This document shows positions 1 to 13,648 of a DNA stretch of 64,000 nucleotides, piece after piece. Both the position numbers and the translations under genes were made by a program. Position 1 is the first letter of the stretch; each line of letters starts with the position of its first letter. The stretch comes from Bilabrum cf. latius (lineage: Eukaryota): the NCBI GenBank assembly GCA_965178125.1, contig OZ237759.1:248001-312000 (forward strand), given 5' to 3'. The notes beneath the pieces are model-generated. The model made no database searches. It was not told where the DNA came from and worked only from the letters and a program-made list of their open reading frames with translations.

Positions 1-120
1 TGGCCGTTGGCGCCGAGCCTGCGGAGCGGTTGCAACCTGCGAATGAAGAAGAGGACCAAAATCCACCACGGGCTTCGAATTTGGAAGCACGCACGCCGCA
101 TACCTTTGACGGTGGTGAAA

Positions 121-3100
121 TCATCGATTCAATTCATCGGTTCGCGCAGGTCTCTCGCTCCTGGCACCGGCCTGCCGAAGAGCCTTGACCTTCAAGCTGC
201 CACTGGCACTGGCAACACGCGCTGCCCCAACCCCCGCTCTTGCCGCATAGCCCGCCGGAGGCACTCGCTTCCTGGGCATCTGAACGGGCACCCGCCTGCT
301 CGTAGTAAACCTGCGGGCCTAACGTCCCGACGCAATTCGTGACCGGTCATCCTCGACAAGAGCTGCCACTCCGCTTGGGCTCGGGCTTGAGGGCCCCTGT
401 TGTGCCGCGCCCCGCCTTGTCTGCTCCTTGGAGCCCGGTTTAAAACGTCTGCCCCTCTTCTTCCTCTTGCTACTGACCATGCCGTTGCCTTCGGTCTTGC
501 CTTTGCCGCTCCTACTGACCTTGCCTTTGCTCTTGGCTTTACGTTTTCCCATTGGCACAACTCTTGCCTCGTTGCCACTGCCACTGCCACTGCCACTGCC
601 TGCTTCCTCATGGCGCCCATCAGCAGCGTCCTAACCCTCACCCTCGTCATCGAACGCACCCACAGCTGCAACACCAGACGGAGTGAGAGGCACCTGGCCA
701 TCAGCATGGCCAAAATATACCTGGCCATCATCACGAGCGTGGTCGCGGGCATCGCCCTATTCATGCGTCCTGACTGCCCCTGATATTTCGCCATGCATGC
801 CGGCCCTGTCTCCGTCAATCTCATCCGGGTGAAACACGGAAGGCATGGTGTGCTCATGCAAGCCTGGCCACGGACGGCGCAGCAACTCAGCCGCATCACT
901 GGAGCTGCCCTCTGTACTTAAAAAACCACTATAACCACTTCCCTGTAAACCAGCGCGGACTGTAGGACGTACAGCACCACTGGCACCCTTGGATGCCTCG
1001 TTTTCCCTCCGTTGCTGCACACGCTGAAGAAAACTACCTACGTCAACTCCAGCACGAACGCCAGCCACATCGCCGCCTGCTCCGGCCGTACCCAACGAGC
1101 CTTCTTCGTCTTGCTCCACGGAAGCAGGGCTGGCCCGGGCGCGCAACCTCCAAGCAATCTCTCCGGATGGGCTCGTTGAGGCCTGTCTCACCGCATCATC
1201 GCTGCGCATGGCCCCGCCTGCACCAGGTGCATCGCCGCGCCGTTGAGTCCTCTATCCTGCTTGTAGCGACGTTCCTTCAATATAAGACTCATCTGCTAGG
1301 CTGCTTTTTAATGCGCCATTTGCAGCGGCATCTAGCTTCCAGCGGACACCCAATAGGTGCTGGCTGCCTACTGCAGCCTCGTGGCCTGGCAAACTCCGCG
1401 CAGAGTACCTATCGCCGACCATTGTCGTATCAGCAACGCGCCCAGAGGAAACCAAAACGCGACTCTGCTCTTGGTCTTGCCCCAGCCCTGGCCCGTCCTC
1501 CAGTCTCCTGAGCGCCTCGTCCACCTGAAGGAGAAGTGATCGGTTGCCCCGATATCCCGCATCAACACCTGCGTCTGATCCAGTAGACGCGGATGAATGG
1601 GGACCCCCTGGCTTGGCATACTCCGCACCAGCAGTTGTCGGCGAAGGTGCTACCGTCACGTGCCCAGGGGAATGCACCCCAAGGATGGGTGGCGAGCGAA
1701 GCGCGGCCTGCGTCTGCTCCCGCACTGGCGTATCACAGGACTGAACCGAAAAATCAGAGGTGAGCTGTGGATGTGCGTGTGTTCGAGCATGCGACTATTT
1801 GCTGGCCGGTGATTCATCAGCTGAAATTAAGGCCGCAGCAGGAGCTGCAGGCTGCTCCTCACCTGATGCTGGTGTCGGGGCCTGCACTGGAGCAGCAGGC
1901 TGCTCCTCACCTGATGCTGGTGTCGGGGCCTGCACTGGAGCAGCAGGCTGCTCCTCGGCTGATGCAGGTGCCGGGGCCTGCACTGGAGCAGCAGGCTGCT
2001 CCTCACCTGATGCTGGTGTCGGGGCCTGCACTGGAGCAGCAGGCTGCTCCTCACCTGATGCTGGTGTCGGGGCCTGCACTGGAGCAGCAGGCTGCTCCTC
2101 GGCTGATGCTGGTGTCGGGGCCTGCACTGGAGCAGCAGGCTGCTCCTCGGCTGATGCTGGTGTCGGGGCCTGCACTGGAGCAGCAGGCTGCTCCTCGGCT
2201 GATGCAGGTGTCGGGGCCTGCACTGGAGCTGCATGCTGTTCTTCCGCTGATGCCGGTGACTCAGCATCTGCTGGAGCTGAGTCCCGGGCCAGAGACGGTA
2301 TCGGAGGTCGCATAAGGTTCCGGGGTTCTTCGTTTGCTGGTACATCCGCAGAGGGAAAATATTGCTTGGACACGGTCTGATCTGAAGAGTCCCCGTGCAA
2401 CTGCCCAGCTGCTGCAAGTGCTGATTTGGTGGCGCTCTTGCTCGCCGGTTCGCCAATAGACGCTAGTTCTGACCCCATCCCTGGCGGTGGAGGCGGAGGA
2501 CCCGTTGTTGCCCTTGCTCCCTCCGTACCATCGGACATGCTCCCTTTGCTGTCCCTGGGAGTACCCAACTCGGCGCCTCCGAGCCCGGGCGGGGGCCCAG
2601 ACAGGATTCGGGGTGAGCGAGGAGATCGCGGGGAGCCCGGCCGGGTACGTCTTCGAGCTCGTGGACTGCGGCGAGCTGCCTGACGCGAGCGCGGTGACTG
2701 CGCTTTGTCAGAATCGGGGAGTGGCACGTCACCATCTTGGTGGACTTGGATCGGACTGGGCCTTGCTTTCCGATCGATGGTACGTTGTTGCTCGGGAGTT
2801 GCCGAATCTTCATCAGCCTCTGCAGCTGCGGCCAATCGCGCGTTTACCTGATCAGATGGTTCTGGAATCGCGTCTGCAGCACGCATCTCCTACCCAGCTC
2901 CATGCTGGATCGCAACTTGTCGTGGGGCGGCAAACGGCAGCGGTGCATGATGCCTGGCTACAGGAGTTGCCATTCCATCTTCAGTTGCTCCTATATTGGT
3001 CGTAGCGACTGCCCCATGAGCCTCATTCGCTGACCCATGAGCCTCATTCGCTGCATGCGCCTCATCAACTGCCCCATGAGCCTTGTCGACTGCGCCATGA

Positions 3101-5991
3101 GCCTCATTCGCTGACCCATGAGCCTCATTCGCTGCATGCGCCTCATCAACTGCCCCATGAGCCTTGTCGACTGCGCCATGAGCCTCATTCGCTGACCCAT
3201 GAGCCTCATTCGCTGCATGCGCCTCATCAACTGCCCCATGAGCCTCATCGACTGACCCATGAGCCTCATTCGCTGCATGCGCCTCATCAACTGCCCCATG
3301 AGCCTTGTCGACTGACCCATGAGCCTCAACCGCTGACCCATGGGCCTCATCCGCTGCATGAGCCTCATCGACTGCCCCATGAGCCTCATCAACTGACCCA
3401 TGAGCCTCATCAACTGACCCATGAGCCTCATCGACCAAGTTGCGCGGCTCGGCATCTTGCATACAAGCCATGAGCCGTTCAGCCAATCCGTCTGTAGACG
3501 TAGCGACGTGCTTCCCGATTAGCTCGTGGCTAGGCGGTCTTGGTGGGGTGCATGGTCTCGAATACACCTCGCCTAAGCTCGGCACAGGGATGGCTGCAGC
3601 GGGAGGGCGCACAGAGGCACCAGGGAGATGACCAAATTCCTTCTAAATGGCGGGTTTATCGACGCTTACGGGCATCAGACCCGAGCTATATCCACGATTA
3701 GCTGTATCAGGTGCTTGCTACTCGGTGTGCATTTTTTGCTTGACACTGCTATCCCCATCGAGTGTGCCGTGCATCTGCTAGTCTTCTCTACTGCCCGCAC
3801 CGCTAACTTCTGGAGCGTCACCAAGTGAAGCAGCCCCTGAAGGGCGCATCTGGGCAGCAGCTGCATTTGACGACAAGGCAGCAGCTCCCCTGCCACTCAT
3901 CCCATCAACACCTGAGGTGGGACCCTCACTGGTAGGAACATGATCGCTGCGGGGTTCATGTTCGTCAACAACATGAGGGGAATCAGGGGCAGGCGCCGCC
4001 CTCGACTCGGAGGCAATATAAGGGCTCTGCTGTGAGCTGGTTGCATCGCGGCGTTCCGCTGCTCCGTAGTCTCCGGTTGCGCCCACGCTGTCTTCGGCCT
4101 CTTGCCCGCTGCCCTCCAATCGCTCCACCTGCTCCCCGTCCTACACTCGCCCAGCCTTCCTACCGCGAGACCTCCTCGCTTGCTAGATCCTTCTCGCCTC
4201 TGCATCGGCGCGGTCGGAGCTGACCAGCCCCGCCTGTGCAACCAGGAGGCCGTGACCCACCAGCCGCTCCAGCCGCTCCAGCTCGCCCTCGCCCTCTGGT
4301 GCCGGTGGAACAGGCACGGGGATGCTCGCAGACGATTCGCCCGCGACTGGCCTAGATTGCCTCTGTCCCTCTGTGCCTCTGCCAGCCAAGGCGGTCTCGT
4401 TCGTTTCATGCTCCCGGGACGGGACAGGTGGTGTTTTGGAGAGGTCGCTTGCAAAGGAGTTAGTGGAGTCTGCAGCTACGGAGGCGTGATCCACCACTAG
4501 GGCTGCCTTGGCCCTGCCGATGGCCCGTTGCGGTTCCTAGTCGTCGGCGAACCCGTTACTGCCCTGGCGTTCAACGTCGGGTCCACTGGCATCATCGCGA
4601 TCCTACTTGCTCGACTCCATGGCCCCAGCAATGGCAACCGCTTTCCCCTATTGCTAGCCATTGGGTTCTTGTTGGGGTGGCGTGACCTGCAGCGACTCTG
4701 GCTTAGGAGGCGTGTCAGGCATATCTGCGAGCAGCCCGCCGGCAGGAGAAGAGCCACCAGAGGATACGCTAGATTCTGCAGTATCTCGTCGGGGACGTAC
4801 TGCCTCGGTGGGAACCGGGCATGGATTTGCAACTCCAGTCCCGTCACTAGGACGCGAGCCAACCCCCGCACCAGCCCCCACACCTGCCACCTCAGCTCGC
4901 CAGTCAAACTGCGAGTGAATGCTGCTATACAACGCACCCTGCTGGTCATTCTGATGTTCAGCTGCCACATTCACTTCACTTCTCTGCTGTGAGCCACGGG
5001 AACTTTGCTGAATCGCACGCTCGGCCGAGTCTGATGAAGAATGCATGTCGGTGTGAGTTGCAGCAGAAGCGCCCCCCACATCGACCGCATCGTCGTCCAG
5101 TATCCTAGAGTGCACAGTAGCCCCGCGGCTATGGTATCCTCGCGCCGCATATATCATGCTGGTGGGCGGCGACGCGGCACCGGCGATGCCAGCGGGGTTG
5201 TTGTTGCTGCTGCTGCATTCGCTGGGTTGCCGTCTTGCCGCACCGGGACTCGGAGTGTCCTTTGGCACTGGCAATGATTCTCTGCCAAAATGACTGAAAT
5301 TGTGCTCTTCAGGAGGCGTGGACGGAGGCTGAATGCCGTTACCTTCCGGAGGACTTGCGCTAGCAGTACCCAATCCAGCACCACTGGATTCACCTTCATC
5401 AGAGCCGGTCTCGCTGTACGCTACTGCGACAGCAACACCGCTGAGATCCAAGTCCACATCCCGGCTGTTTGATGCAGAGCCATCGGAACGCATTGATCTC
5501 CGTGAGCGCCTGAAACTCCCACGCAGTCCCAGCATGAGCGGTTGCCCTACCCGAAGGCGCTCGCCTGGTGACAGCTTCCATGCCCTCGAGTGTCGGTCGA
5601 TTGTCTGCCCATCATGCTACTTCGACCTGCTTCTGATTGATCCTTTGGATGCGCTTAGCTTCAACCCTGCTGGATCTTTGCTCCGCTTTGAACCACGCTA
5701 TGAAAAACTCTTGGATGCGTAGCCGCCACCAAAAGTAGTTGGAGATCTTGCAGAAGTCAGGCTTGTGGCGTGAGCCTGGAGCAAGCCTTGCTCAAGCTAT
5801 TCAGTCTATGCTGTCTGTTGCCTGGGCATCTCATGCTTCGAGGCTTGCCGCTTCAAGCGTCGCTTTTCGCGATGGGCTCGAGCAAGGACGAGGTGGGATA
5901 AATGGGCGATATGCTGCTTGTCAGCTCCATGTAGCCTCTCTAAGTTGCCTATTTCCCTTTTCGTCGATGCGAGGAGAGCTTCAAAGTCCAT
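121..5991 (-). CDS. Hypothetical 1956-aa low-complexity (probably disordered) protein with two internal tandem-repeat blocks, read with TAG=Gln
   Basis: ORF-track fragments 319, 757, 1252, 1795, 2890, 3778, 4183, 4654 and 5806 are all in one minus frame. Every interruption I checked (19) is TAG. The frame opens after TAA at 6061, has ATG at 5991 (MDFEALLAST) and ends at TGA 121-123. Confidence 0.8.
1841..2240 (-). repeat. Coding tandem repeat, 48-bp unit, about 8 copies (EEQPAAPVQAPTPAS[G/A])
   Basis: Repeated gcaggctgctcctc..ctgatgc.ggtgtcggggcctgcactggagca units read directly. Confidence 0.95.
3008..3432 (-). repeat. Coding tandem repeat of mixed 18/21-bp units (EAHGAVD / EAHGSAN / EAHAAN)
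   Basis: Repeated catgagcctcat cores; the translation shows EAH-based hexa/heptapeptides. Confidence 0.93.
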
Positions 5992-6059
5992 CCGTACTTT
6001 TTGAAGGATATAGTGTTGGACCTTCCGACAGACCCTGGATTCGGGCGGTCGCAAGTGCT

Positions 6060-6221
6060 TTTAATCTTCTTCTTGAAAGTTCAACACGCTACAAAGGACC
6101 TCTTGCAAACCCCCCGCCCTAATCAGTCATTTCGCGCACGTTTCGCAGGCCTGGTGTCAGCACTCTACTGAGAAACCTTAACCACTGCATGCTCCGCGTT
6201 CACGACATTCCTGAAGTTCGC
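6060..6221 (-). mobile_element. Short interspersed element (SINE-like or 5'-truncated non-LTR 3' end), copy 1
   Basis: 6059-6221 is the exact reverse complement of 21670-21832. It is flanked by an 11-bp direct repeat tcgcaagtgct (6049-6059 and 6218-6228). The 3' end is aagaagaagattaaa. Confidence 0.7.
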
Positions 6222-6296
6222 AAGTGCTCGCAACCTCGAGTGAGGAGGGGTCGCAAGCTTGCACGCATAAAAATCAATCCATCGCTACCGTACTAC

Positions 6297-8702
6297 TCAA
6301 ATTCCCAGTCCACGAAGCAGCTCATCCGCCCCAGCCACATCGCCCCTCTTCCAGACTCCGATGTTCTCCTCTGGAATGCGCTGCCAGCCCCTGCCCCACA
6401 GCGGTGAGTCCGCCCGCAAAGTGAAGTTCAGCGAGTCCATCAATGCCTGCGCAGAGGCCCCTTGCACGAACCCAGGGTCCTTCCCAAACCAGTTGCCCCG
6501 CCCGCCATCCGCCGGAGGCACCAGAAACTAGCTCTCGTTGAAGCCCTCTTGGTCGTACAGGGGCAGAGACAGCCAGCCCCCGCCGAATCTGCCGCCACCC
6601 CCCGTGGCGTTGGCGAACCACTTCTTCTCCGCCTCCCACGGCGTGAGAGGTCCGACCTACACGGCAGCATTCGGCCACCTCGACCCGAATGCGTTGTTCA
6701 GCGGCTGGCACGGGCGTCCGTCCTCCAGGATACGAGCCAGGAGGGGGTATCTCTCGGCCCACAGGGGGGACCGGAATGGCATCGCATGCAGCCTGGTCCA
6801 CAGCGTGTCGTTGTCAGTGCCGCACTCCTGCACGCCGGACTGTCTGACTCCGAGTCCACCGAGGAAGAAGAGGTTGTTGTCCACGCCTCCCTCTGGCGGG
6901 CCGGTGTCCCGCCCATTGTGGGCGAAAATCCCGGCCACCTCCGCCCCCGCAAAGATGTTTCCCCGAATGTCCAGCCCGCCCTCGTGGTCGTCGGCGTACA
7001 CCCCTGTCCGAATGCACGCAGTTGGTGGCGAGTTGCAGGGGAGTGAGCCGTCGGGGCCCGGGTAGAACGCGTACCTCCCGATGTGGTCGAAGAGGTTGTA
7101 CCGAATGGCCCGACCTCTCCATGTCCAGTCCCTGCCCTGGTGTATAGCCGCGGAGTCATGCGCCTCTTTGACCAAATGGTGAAACCGGGAGTACTCCACC
7201 ACGTGGTCGTTCCCTGGCATGCTCAAGGCCTCGTGACGAGCGTCGCTAATTTCGCAGTTGGTGACCCGCACTCCCACGCCGTTCATGCGGATCCCGAACT
7301 GGTAGGTGAACAGCCACTGGGCCACGCGGGTGATGAACGTGTTGGCCACCGTTATGTTGGAAGGGATCAGAGGCACGCGGGCTCCCCCCGATATGACGAT
7401 CCCGCCGCGGCCCATGTCGCTGATGTTCACGCCGGAGATCACGTGACCCGGGCTGGCTGGGGCCGTCCCGTTCTCGAAGTCAGAGGACTGCAGCTCGATG
7501 GCGTTGCCCGCCCCGCCGGCGAACGAGCAGTTGATCACCGCGATGTCCCCCGTGTCTGTGCCAGACAGCATGCCCGCCCCGCGTGACGTCTCGAATCGAA
7601 TATTCACGAACCTGATGTGACGAGTGCCTGGCATGAGGTACACGAGGCCCTGCGGGCCGGCAGAGAGCCGCACCTTGCTCGCCCACCACGGCGAGGAGGA
7701 GGAGGAGTAGGGCCCGCTGTGGCCTCGCTCTTGCCCTCGCTCTTGCGCTGGAGGGTACAGGAACAGCTTGCTCTGGTTGCGGTCGAACCACCACTCCCCC
7801 GGGGCATCCAGCTCCTCGATCAAATTGAGGGCAAAGTACCACTGCCCTTCCGTGACGGGCCAGTAGTGAAGGGGCTTTTCGAACGTGAACGTGCGGTTCT
7901 GCGGGTCAATGGCCGTCAGCGCAGTCACGTCGTCCGCCCAACCGATGTGGAAGTATCCGTTGAGATTGATCTCATCCAGCGGCGTGTGCACCCAGGATGC
8001 CGGCCTGTCTTTCATGTCGTCGCCCCAGCCCACCACGGTCTCATTCAGTCCGGAGTGACCTCCAATTCGAGCGTACGACCTCGTCCGGTTGGCGGGATCA
8101 TTGTTCGGGTATCTCGCGGGCCACATGCGGGCGCCGTCAACGAAGAGCTCGATGCGTTCATCGTCGGGGCTGACTGCTGAAGCGTGACTCGGCAAGTTTG
8201 CATCCAGTCCGGCCTGCTTGAGGTTCAGCTCCCAGACCGCTCCAGCGGGCAAGCCGCTCGGCAGACGCGGATCCACGGAGGGAGTCCACTGTCCCGTTGC
8301 TTGAGACAGGCCAGCGAGTTCTCCTGAGATCACAGATGGTGATAGTGCATCAGCATTCTTCGCAAGGCATGTGTCCGTTCGCACTACTACCGCCAACGAG
8401 GGTGACAGGCCGGATGAAGCATTCGACAGGATAGCCGTGTCCTGCAGCAGGTACCGACCACCTGGAAACAGCCGAACGGCAGCTGGCATACAACCAGATG
8501 TCCTGAATGCAGAACTCCGATCCATTGCCTCTGATAAGTAGCAAACCGGCTGTTGCCGCGTGCCAGGCCCCGTTGAGTTGCACTTCATGGCAGGCACAGT
8601 TGGAGCGACAACTACCGAGCAATCGCCAGTTGTAGCACGAACACTTCGGCCAAAGACTAACAATGACCCAGTTACTACAGCAAGCTACTGCCACACGCGC
8701 AT
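6297..8702 (-). CDS. Secreted right-handed parallel beta-helix protein (pectate-lyase-like fold, probable glycan-active enzyme), about 801 aa
   Basis: ORFs 6657..8663 and 6297..6521 join through TAG. ATG 8702 gives a signal-peptide-like start. Motifs include ELFVDGARMWPARYPN, NLIEELDAPGEWWFD, GNDHVVEYS, DSAAIH and GVYADD. Ends at TGA. Confidence 0.8.
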
Positions 8703-9295
8703 TATAACGATTGATTGTGTGGCGGCTGCCCGAGAGGGAGATCCAATGCATCAAAAGTGAAGTCCGTGATCATGTCCCAGTGGTGGCTAGCTTTCGCCGT
8801 TGCTTCTTGAGGATGAATCCGGCTTCCACTGGGCAGAGCAGCTACGCAGTCACCGCCACAATGTGTCCCGCGACGCAAAGCAACCCGCACGCTGCGATCC
8901 CCGCGCCCAGTGGGATGGACTGCCTCAGCCTCCTCTCCGTCCTGGCCAGTTCCCAGCCGGACCGCAGCACTTGCTCTCCTGCGACGGCAGACCCACTGCC
9001 AGTGCCATCGCTAGCGCCCACCTCATCTCTTTCGAGCAGTCCAGCCCAGGCCGCATCCATCGCTGGGTGCTGCAGCACGGCGGGCCCCGCCACCACCACG
9101 AGCACGCCGGGCAGTGCACCCAGCGCGATGGTGGCGGCCCCAATGCACAGCAAAGACGCAGGCAGCAGGCGAATGGAGCCCAGCCACCGTGGCAAGAAAG
9201 CCAGCCTAGTGACACGCGAGCAGGGGTGCACGTACGCCTGCACAGCCCGCCCAAGCAGCCCCCAGAGAGCCGCCAGGGCCGTCCACTTGGCCCTC
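8195..9295. repeat. 1.1-kb host segment R, copy 1 (5' end of the beta-helix gene plus 3' end of the membrane-protein gene)
   Basis: Near-identical to 18390-19490; a shorter version lies at 13669-14185. Confidence 0.92.
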
Positions 9296-9831
9296 TATGT
9301 AGTACTGCTGCCATATTGCTTATTGGGAGGGGGTGGGCGGTCGCCAGCACCCGTGATTGCGACCCCCCCTCATCAGGGCCGTCCACCGTGACCCCGGGGC
9401 CCCCTTCAAGTTGCGGGGGTCTGGACAGTGCGCCTGAGTGCATCACTTCTTGCTTTTGCCGATGAACAGGGAATTAATATCGCCATCAAGACGACTCACT
9501 CGCAGTCTTTATCGACGTGTACATATCAGGCAGCTTGCCGGATCATTTACAGCCGTGATAAAGGCCAAAAGCAAGATTCCATGTGTGAGAGCCACTCAGT
9601 GCCATTGCTCGTTTGGTTCGTGCATGATGCCTACGAAAGCAGCGGCAATTAGCTGCACGAATATGTAGTTGTATCTGCATTTTGCTACTCTGCTTGACAC
9701 AGGGCGGTATTCAACGGACAGACTTGTCGCGAGGTTTTTGGGTACGGTCTGCGGTTCATCATTCTCGGATTGGCAAAGGGCTGCGAGTGGCAACGCCTCA
9801 AGTGTAGTACATACCCATACATTGGCACGAT

Positions 9832-12800
9832 ATGATCGTATCAATCCCAGGTCAGTCCCTGATACAAGCAAGGCTCCATTCAAGGGTACCAGCTAGCCAT
9901 ATTGATTTCCCTACCTTGCTACACGTTTGGGAACGTAAGATGAACGCCACTGTGATCATATCCACATGGGAACAACTGCCGATGAGGGATGTCCCGCTCA
10001 GTGCGGTGAGTGAGCGCGCTCGGGCAATCCAGCGTGTGCAGACAGATGCGATGATCATAGCTAATGCTGTGAATGATGAGAAAGTAAAGGCAGCAAACTT
10101 GGAAGGCTTGCCATCATCTAAAGTCGGCGATGAGCTCGGACTTCCTGTTGTTCAAGCCGAGCTTGCGAAGAACCTGCACGAGGTGGGGCTCCTCTCGAAG
10201 CTCAAACTCGATGGAGTGTTAGGGTACCTCAGGAGTGACGATGCCAAGGCGGACGCGGCCAGCTTTTCTGATTATCATGTTCAGCTGTAGGAGGACGAGA
10301 GAAAGCGCAAAGAGAGGAAGGATGAGGAGCTAGAGCTGCAGGGCTTGCCCCACTCTGACTATCTCCACAAGGGCGAGAAGGTGAGGGTACCAATGGTGGG
10401 GTAGTTCGTTGGAATGCTCAGCAGGCTTGCGAAGGCGAATGGATTTGAGATTCCGCCGCCGTTTGAGGGTGACACGCTGCTCCAGGCAGTCAAAGGGCGC
10501 ATATAGCGAGAAATTCGCGCCCCTTATGGAGCGATGGCCGATGCTGTGCGGGCCTGTCTTCGGTTGATTGGGGACGCATTCGTACACGTGCACGCAACAG
10601 CTGATTCTAGGCCAAGCCTAGACACGATATCCACTGTCATGATTTTGCCCATCGTGGACTCGGGGTTCAGCACGCAGAGGGAAAGGCTCCTGCAGCGACT
10701 GCTTGCCGAGGCATTTCGGCCGAGGATGAACGTGATCCGTGGAGGGGTCGTGCTTGGGTACCGCGGCTTTGGGAAGTCGCAGCTGGTGCGTCAGCTTGTA
10801 TTCGGCAAGCAGTTGTTGCAGTGGTCCATCGGCAAGCGCAGGTTATACGATGCCTGCCGCCACGTTGGCATGTATGTTGACAACCCGAGCAAGCTGGGCA
10901 AGCCGCTTCAAATGGGCTGCCCCCCTGCTCTGCTGGCTGCTGGCCTGTGCAACGCGGGAGCGATGCAAAGTGCTACTGCACCAGCCTGGACGAAGTCAAT
11001 CCAAGACGGGTTTGACCCGGCGAATGTAGCAGAATGGGTCGATGACAACTAGGTGAATGCCATGCTGGTAATCGACGAGGCCTAGCAAGCACTCTCGGAT
11101 CCGTCGTCTAAGGCATCGACCGAGGTATCGATCGCGCGCTCGAAGGTGTTCTGGGACTCTCTTGATGACTGCTGTTAGAACCCGAAATTCCCGATGACCG
11201 TCATTACTGGAAACGGATCTGAAGTGGCCCACTTGGTGTATACGCGACCTCGAGAGAACTACTTCGAGATGCAGAAGGACAAGTTCCACATGTACTGGCT
11301 CGACTACGAGTACTCTGAGGTGGAGATCTGCCTCATGCTGACTCGGCAAGGTACAATCAGCGCATTTCCGAGTAGCGGCGTGCCGTGGATCCCGGCATAC
11401 TCTTCTGAAGACAAGCCGCTCAATATTGAGTCATTGACGGAAGATGTGGACAAGATTCTGCCAGAAGACGTGACTCTGGCCCTCGCTTTGGCTGTTGTGC
11501 GAGCTTCAGGGTGCGATCCTGCGTCAGACCCGATGTCAAACATTGCAAAGCCGGTGGACAGCCACTGGATTGAGTCGGGACAGGTGGTGCATCCCAGCAT
11601 CGAGCACGTCGTTCAAGGCATCCAGGCCGACGCTTTGGGGGATGTCGGAGCCTGGCACAAGACCAAAGCCAGACCGGGACGACTGACCTTGCAGGCCGCC
11701 ACGAAGGCGCTGAAAGATGAGCGAGTGCTGCGTGCATCTTATGCGTCTAGATCCAAGATCCTGCGGCGAGTTTGGCAGACTGGTATGACAGCCCGTAGCC
11801 TCGTTGGCATCAATACGGAGGAACGAGATACGAACACGAAGCTGCAGGAATGGCATGATGCCATGAATAGTGACGACGACTGCTTCCGGCAGATCATGCT
11901 TGCGCTCCTGGATTGCATGGGCGAGGATAACCCGAACTGGCAGCTTGATGCGCTCACCGACCCTCTGAAGCCGCCTAAACCTGTCACAATGAAGAGGCTG
12001 CTGTTGAGGCACAGGGCGATGCATCCTGACGCTGCAGTCGAAGATGTCAAGCAGTTCGAAAAAAAGCTAAGCCGGTGGAGGCTCAAGCAGCGTGTGGCCT
12101 ACCGGGCCTCGTCGGAGCGAGCTGGCACGCAACGGGAAAAATTGCCTTCAACAGCCGGTTTCCTGAGCAGCATGTTTGCTTTTCTAGCCTTACGGTGGAG
12201 CCTGACGCGGGATTTGTTCGTGACGAGGCGAGAGTTCTGGGCGATCCACAAGCAGACGGGCGAGCTTGGAGAAGACTATGAGCTGGTGGTGGCCGAGTCT
12301 TTGCACCGCAACTTCGTGTCCAAGGTGCTGGCCAGGAAATTAATGCCGTCTGTCCCTCAGTACCTGTGGAAGGAGGAAGATGGCGCTCTAAAGGAGGATC
12401 TTGTGACGCACGACAGAGCGCAGGTGTATGAGAGCGGGAAGAACTCGATTCACCTCACTTCGACCAAGTGGGGCAAGAACCCGAGCAGGGAGGAGATGCT
12501 CGGTCGTGTGCTAAAGGAGGTGCCTGACAAGTTCGGTGGCGATCTGGTGATGATCCTTGAAGACACGCAGGAGCGCAATCCGTAGAGACACCACCTGATT
12601 CGAGTGCATGTCAATGTGGGCGGCGTCGACAAGGTTCTCACGAAAGATAGTTTGGAAAAGTTGCTGTCTCGCGAGAAGGTGCAGGCTGCCCTGGAGCTGT
12701 ACGCCGGAGCCCTGTGCGTGCGACCTGAGCAGCTTGTGATGCATAGGCTGTTGGTGACTCCGAAGAAGCTGCGCCCCAACATCACTAGCCTATTTCCCAA

Positions 12801-13242
12801 ACGTAGTCACGGCAACGACAGCAACACGGGTTCAGACATTGTAGACTCGAGCACCAATGAGCCTCTTCCATTGGGTGACCAAGGACGCGAAGAGTCGGGT
12901 ACTGACGGTACCAACGACACGACGAACCTCTACTACCTCGACCACGAGGACTACAACGAGTTCCTATTCGCAGATGCGCGGCTGCTCTCCTCGAGGATCT
13001 GGGCCAACTCTGCGAGCGACCTCAAGGAGCGGTAGCTACGAGAGGAGAAGGTGGAGGATCTCGAAGGCGACCTTAGTGGCTTGTTGAATGATACCAATCG
13101 AAAGGTTGGGTTAGGCGAGCCTTCAAACATGGAGAAATGGACGGAGCAGTTCCCTATCAGCAGTAGGGGCCATCATGGCGACGCCGAGGGCGATTCGGAT
13201 ATGGAGGATGCCCCCGAGGGAACGGAAACAGACAAAGAGTGA
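9832..13242 (+). CDS. P-loop NTPase with a possible C-terminal restriction-endonuclease-like domain (Crinkler/RHS-like architecture), copy 1, about 1100-1136 aa; start uncertain (ATG 9832 or 9940)
   Basis: Five ORF-track pieces lie in one frame separated only by TAG. Walker A GVVLGYRGFGKS at about 10744-10779, Walker B AMLVIDEAQ at about 11059-11085. C-terminal PDKFGGDLVMIL...LIRVHV resembles a PD-(D/E)xK core. Acidic tail, TGA stop. Confidence 0.7.
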
Positions 13243-13589
13243 GGGGCACGTCGAGAATCCGGATGTTGGTGGACACCATCTGGCACTACAGCGGAGCGCT
13301 GCTGCGGTGGTATTGCCAGCCGCAGCCGGATGCAACGTGCGCGTAGTGGTTTGCTCTTTGAGCCCGGGTTGAACTTGGCTCAAGGGCCTGTGGCCGAGTT
13401 TACCTGGAAGTATCACGAATTCATGATTATAATTTTCTTGCGCGTCATTCCGGATCCAGACGATGCAGGTTTCCAGTGTGTTTTCTGACTTTGAAAACTT
13501 CTGATCCACTTTAGAACTTAGGGTACAGGCCCAATTGTTTGCCTCCTGAGTGAACGGGGCCAAATCCTTGGATGGTGTGGGTAGCACTG

Positions 13590-13648
13590 TGGGTTTTCAG
13601 TGTGGATGACGTCAGATAGGCTTGGACGTCATCCACACTGAAAACCCA
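13590..13648. repeat. Perfect 24-bp inverted repeat with an 11-nt loop, inside a unique ~190-bp spacer
   Basis: tgggttttcagtgtggatgacgtc (13590-13613) and gacgtcatccacactgaaaaccca (13625-13648). Confidence 0.95.
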
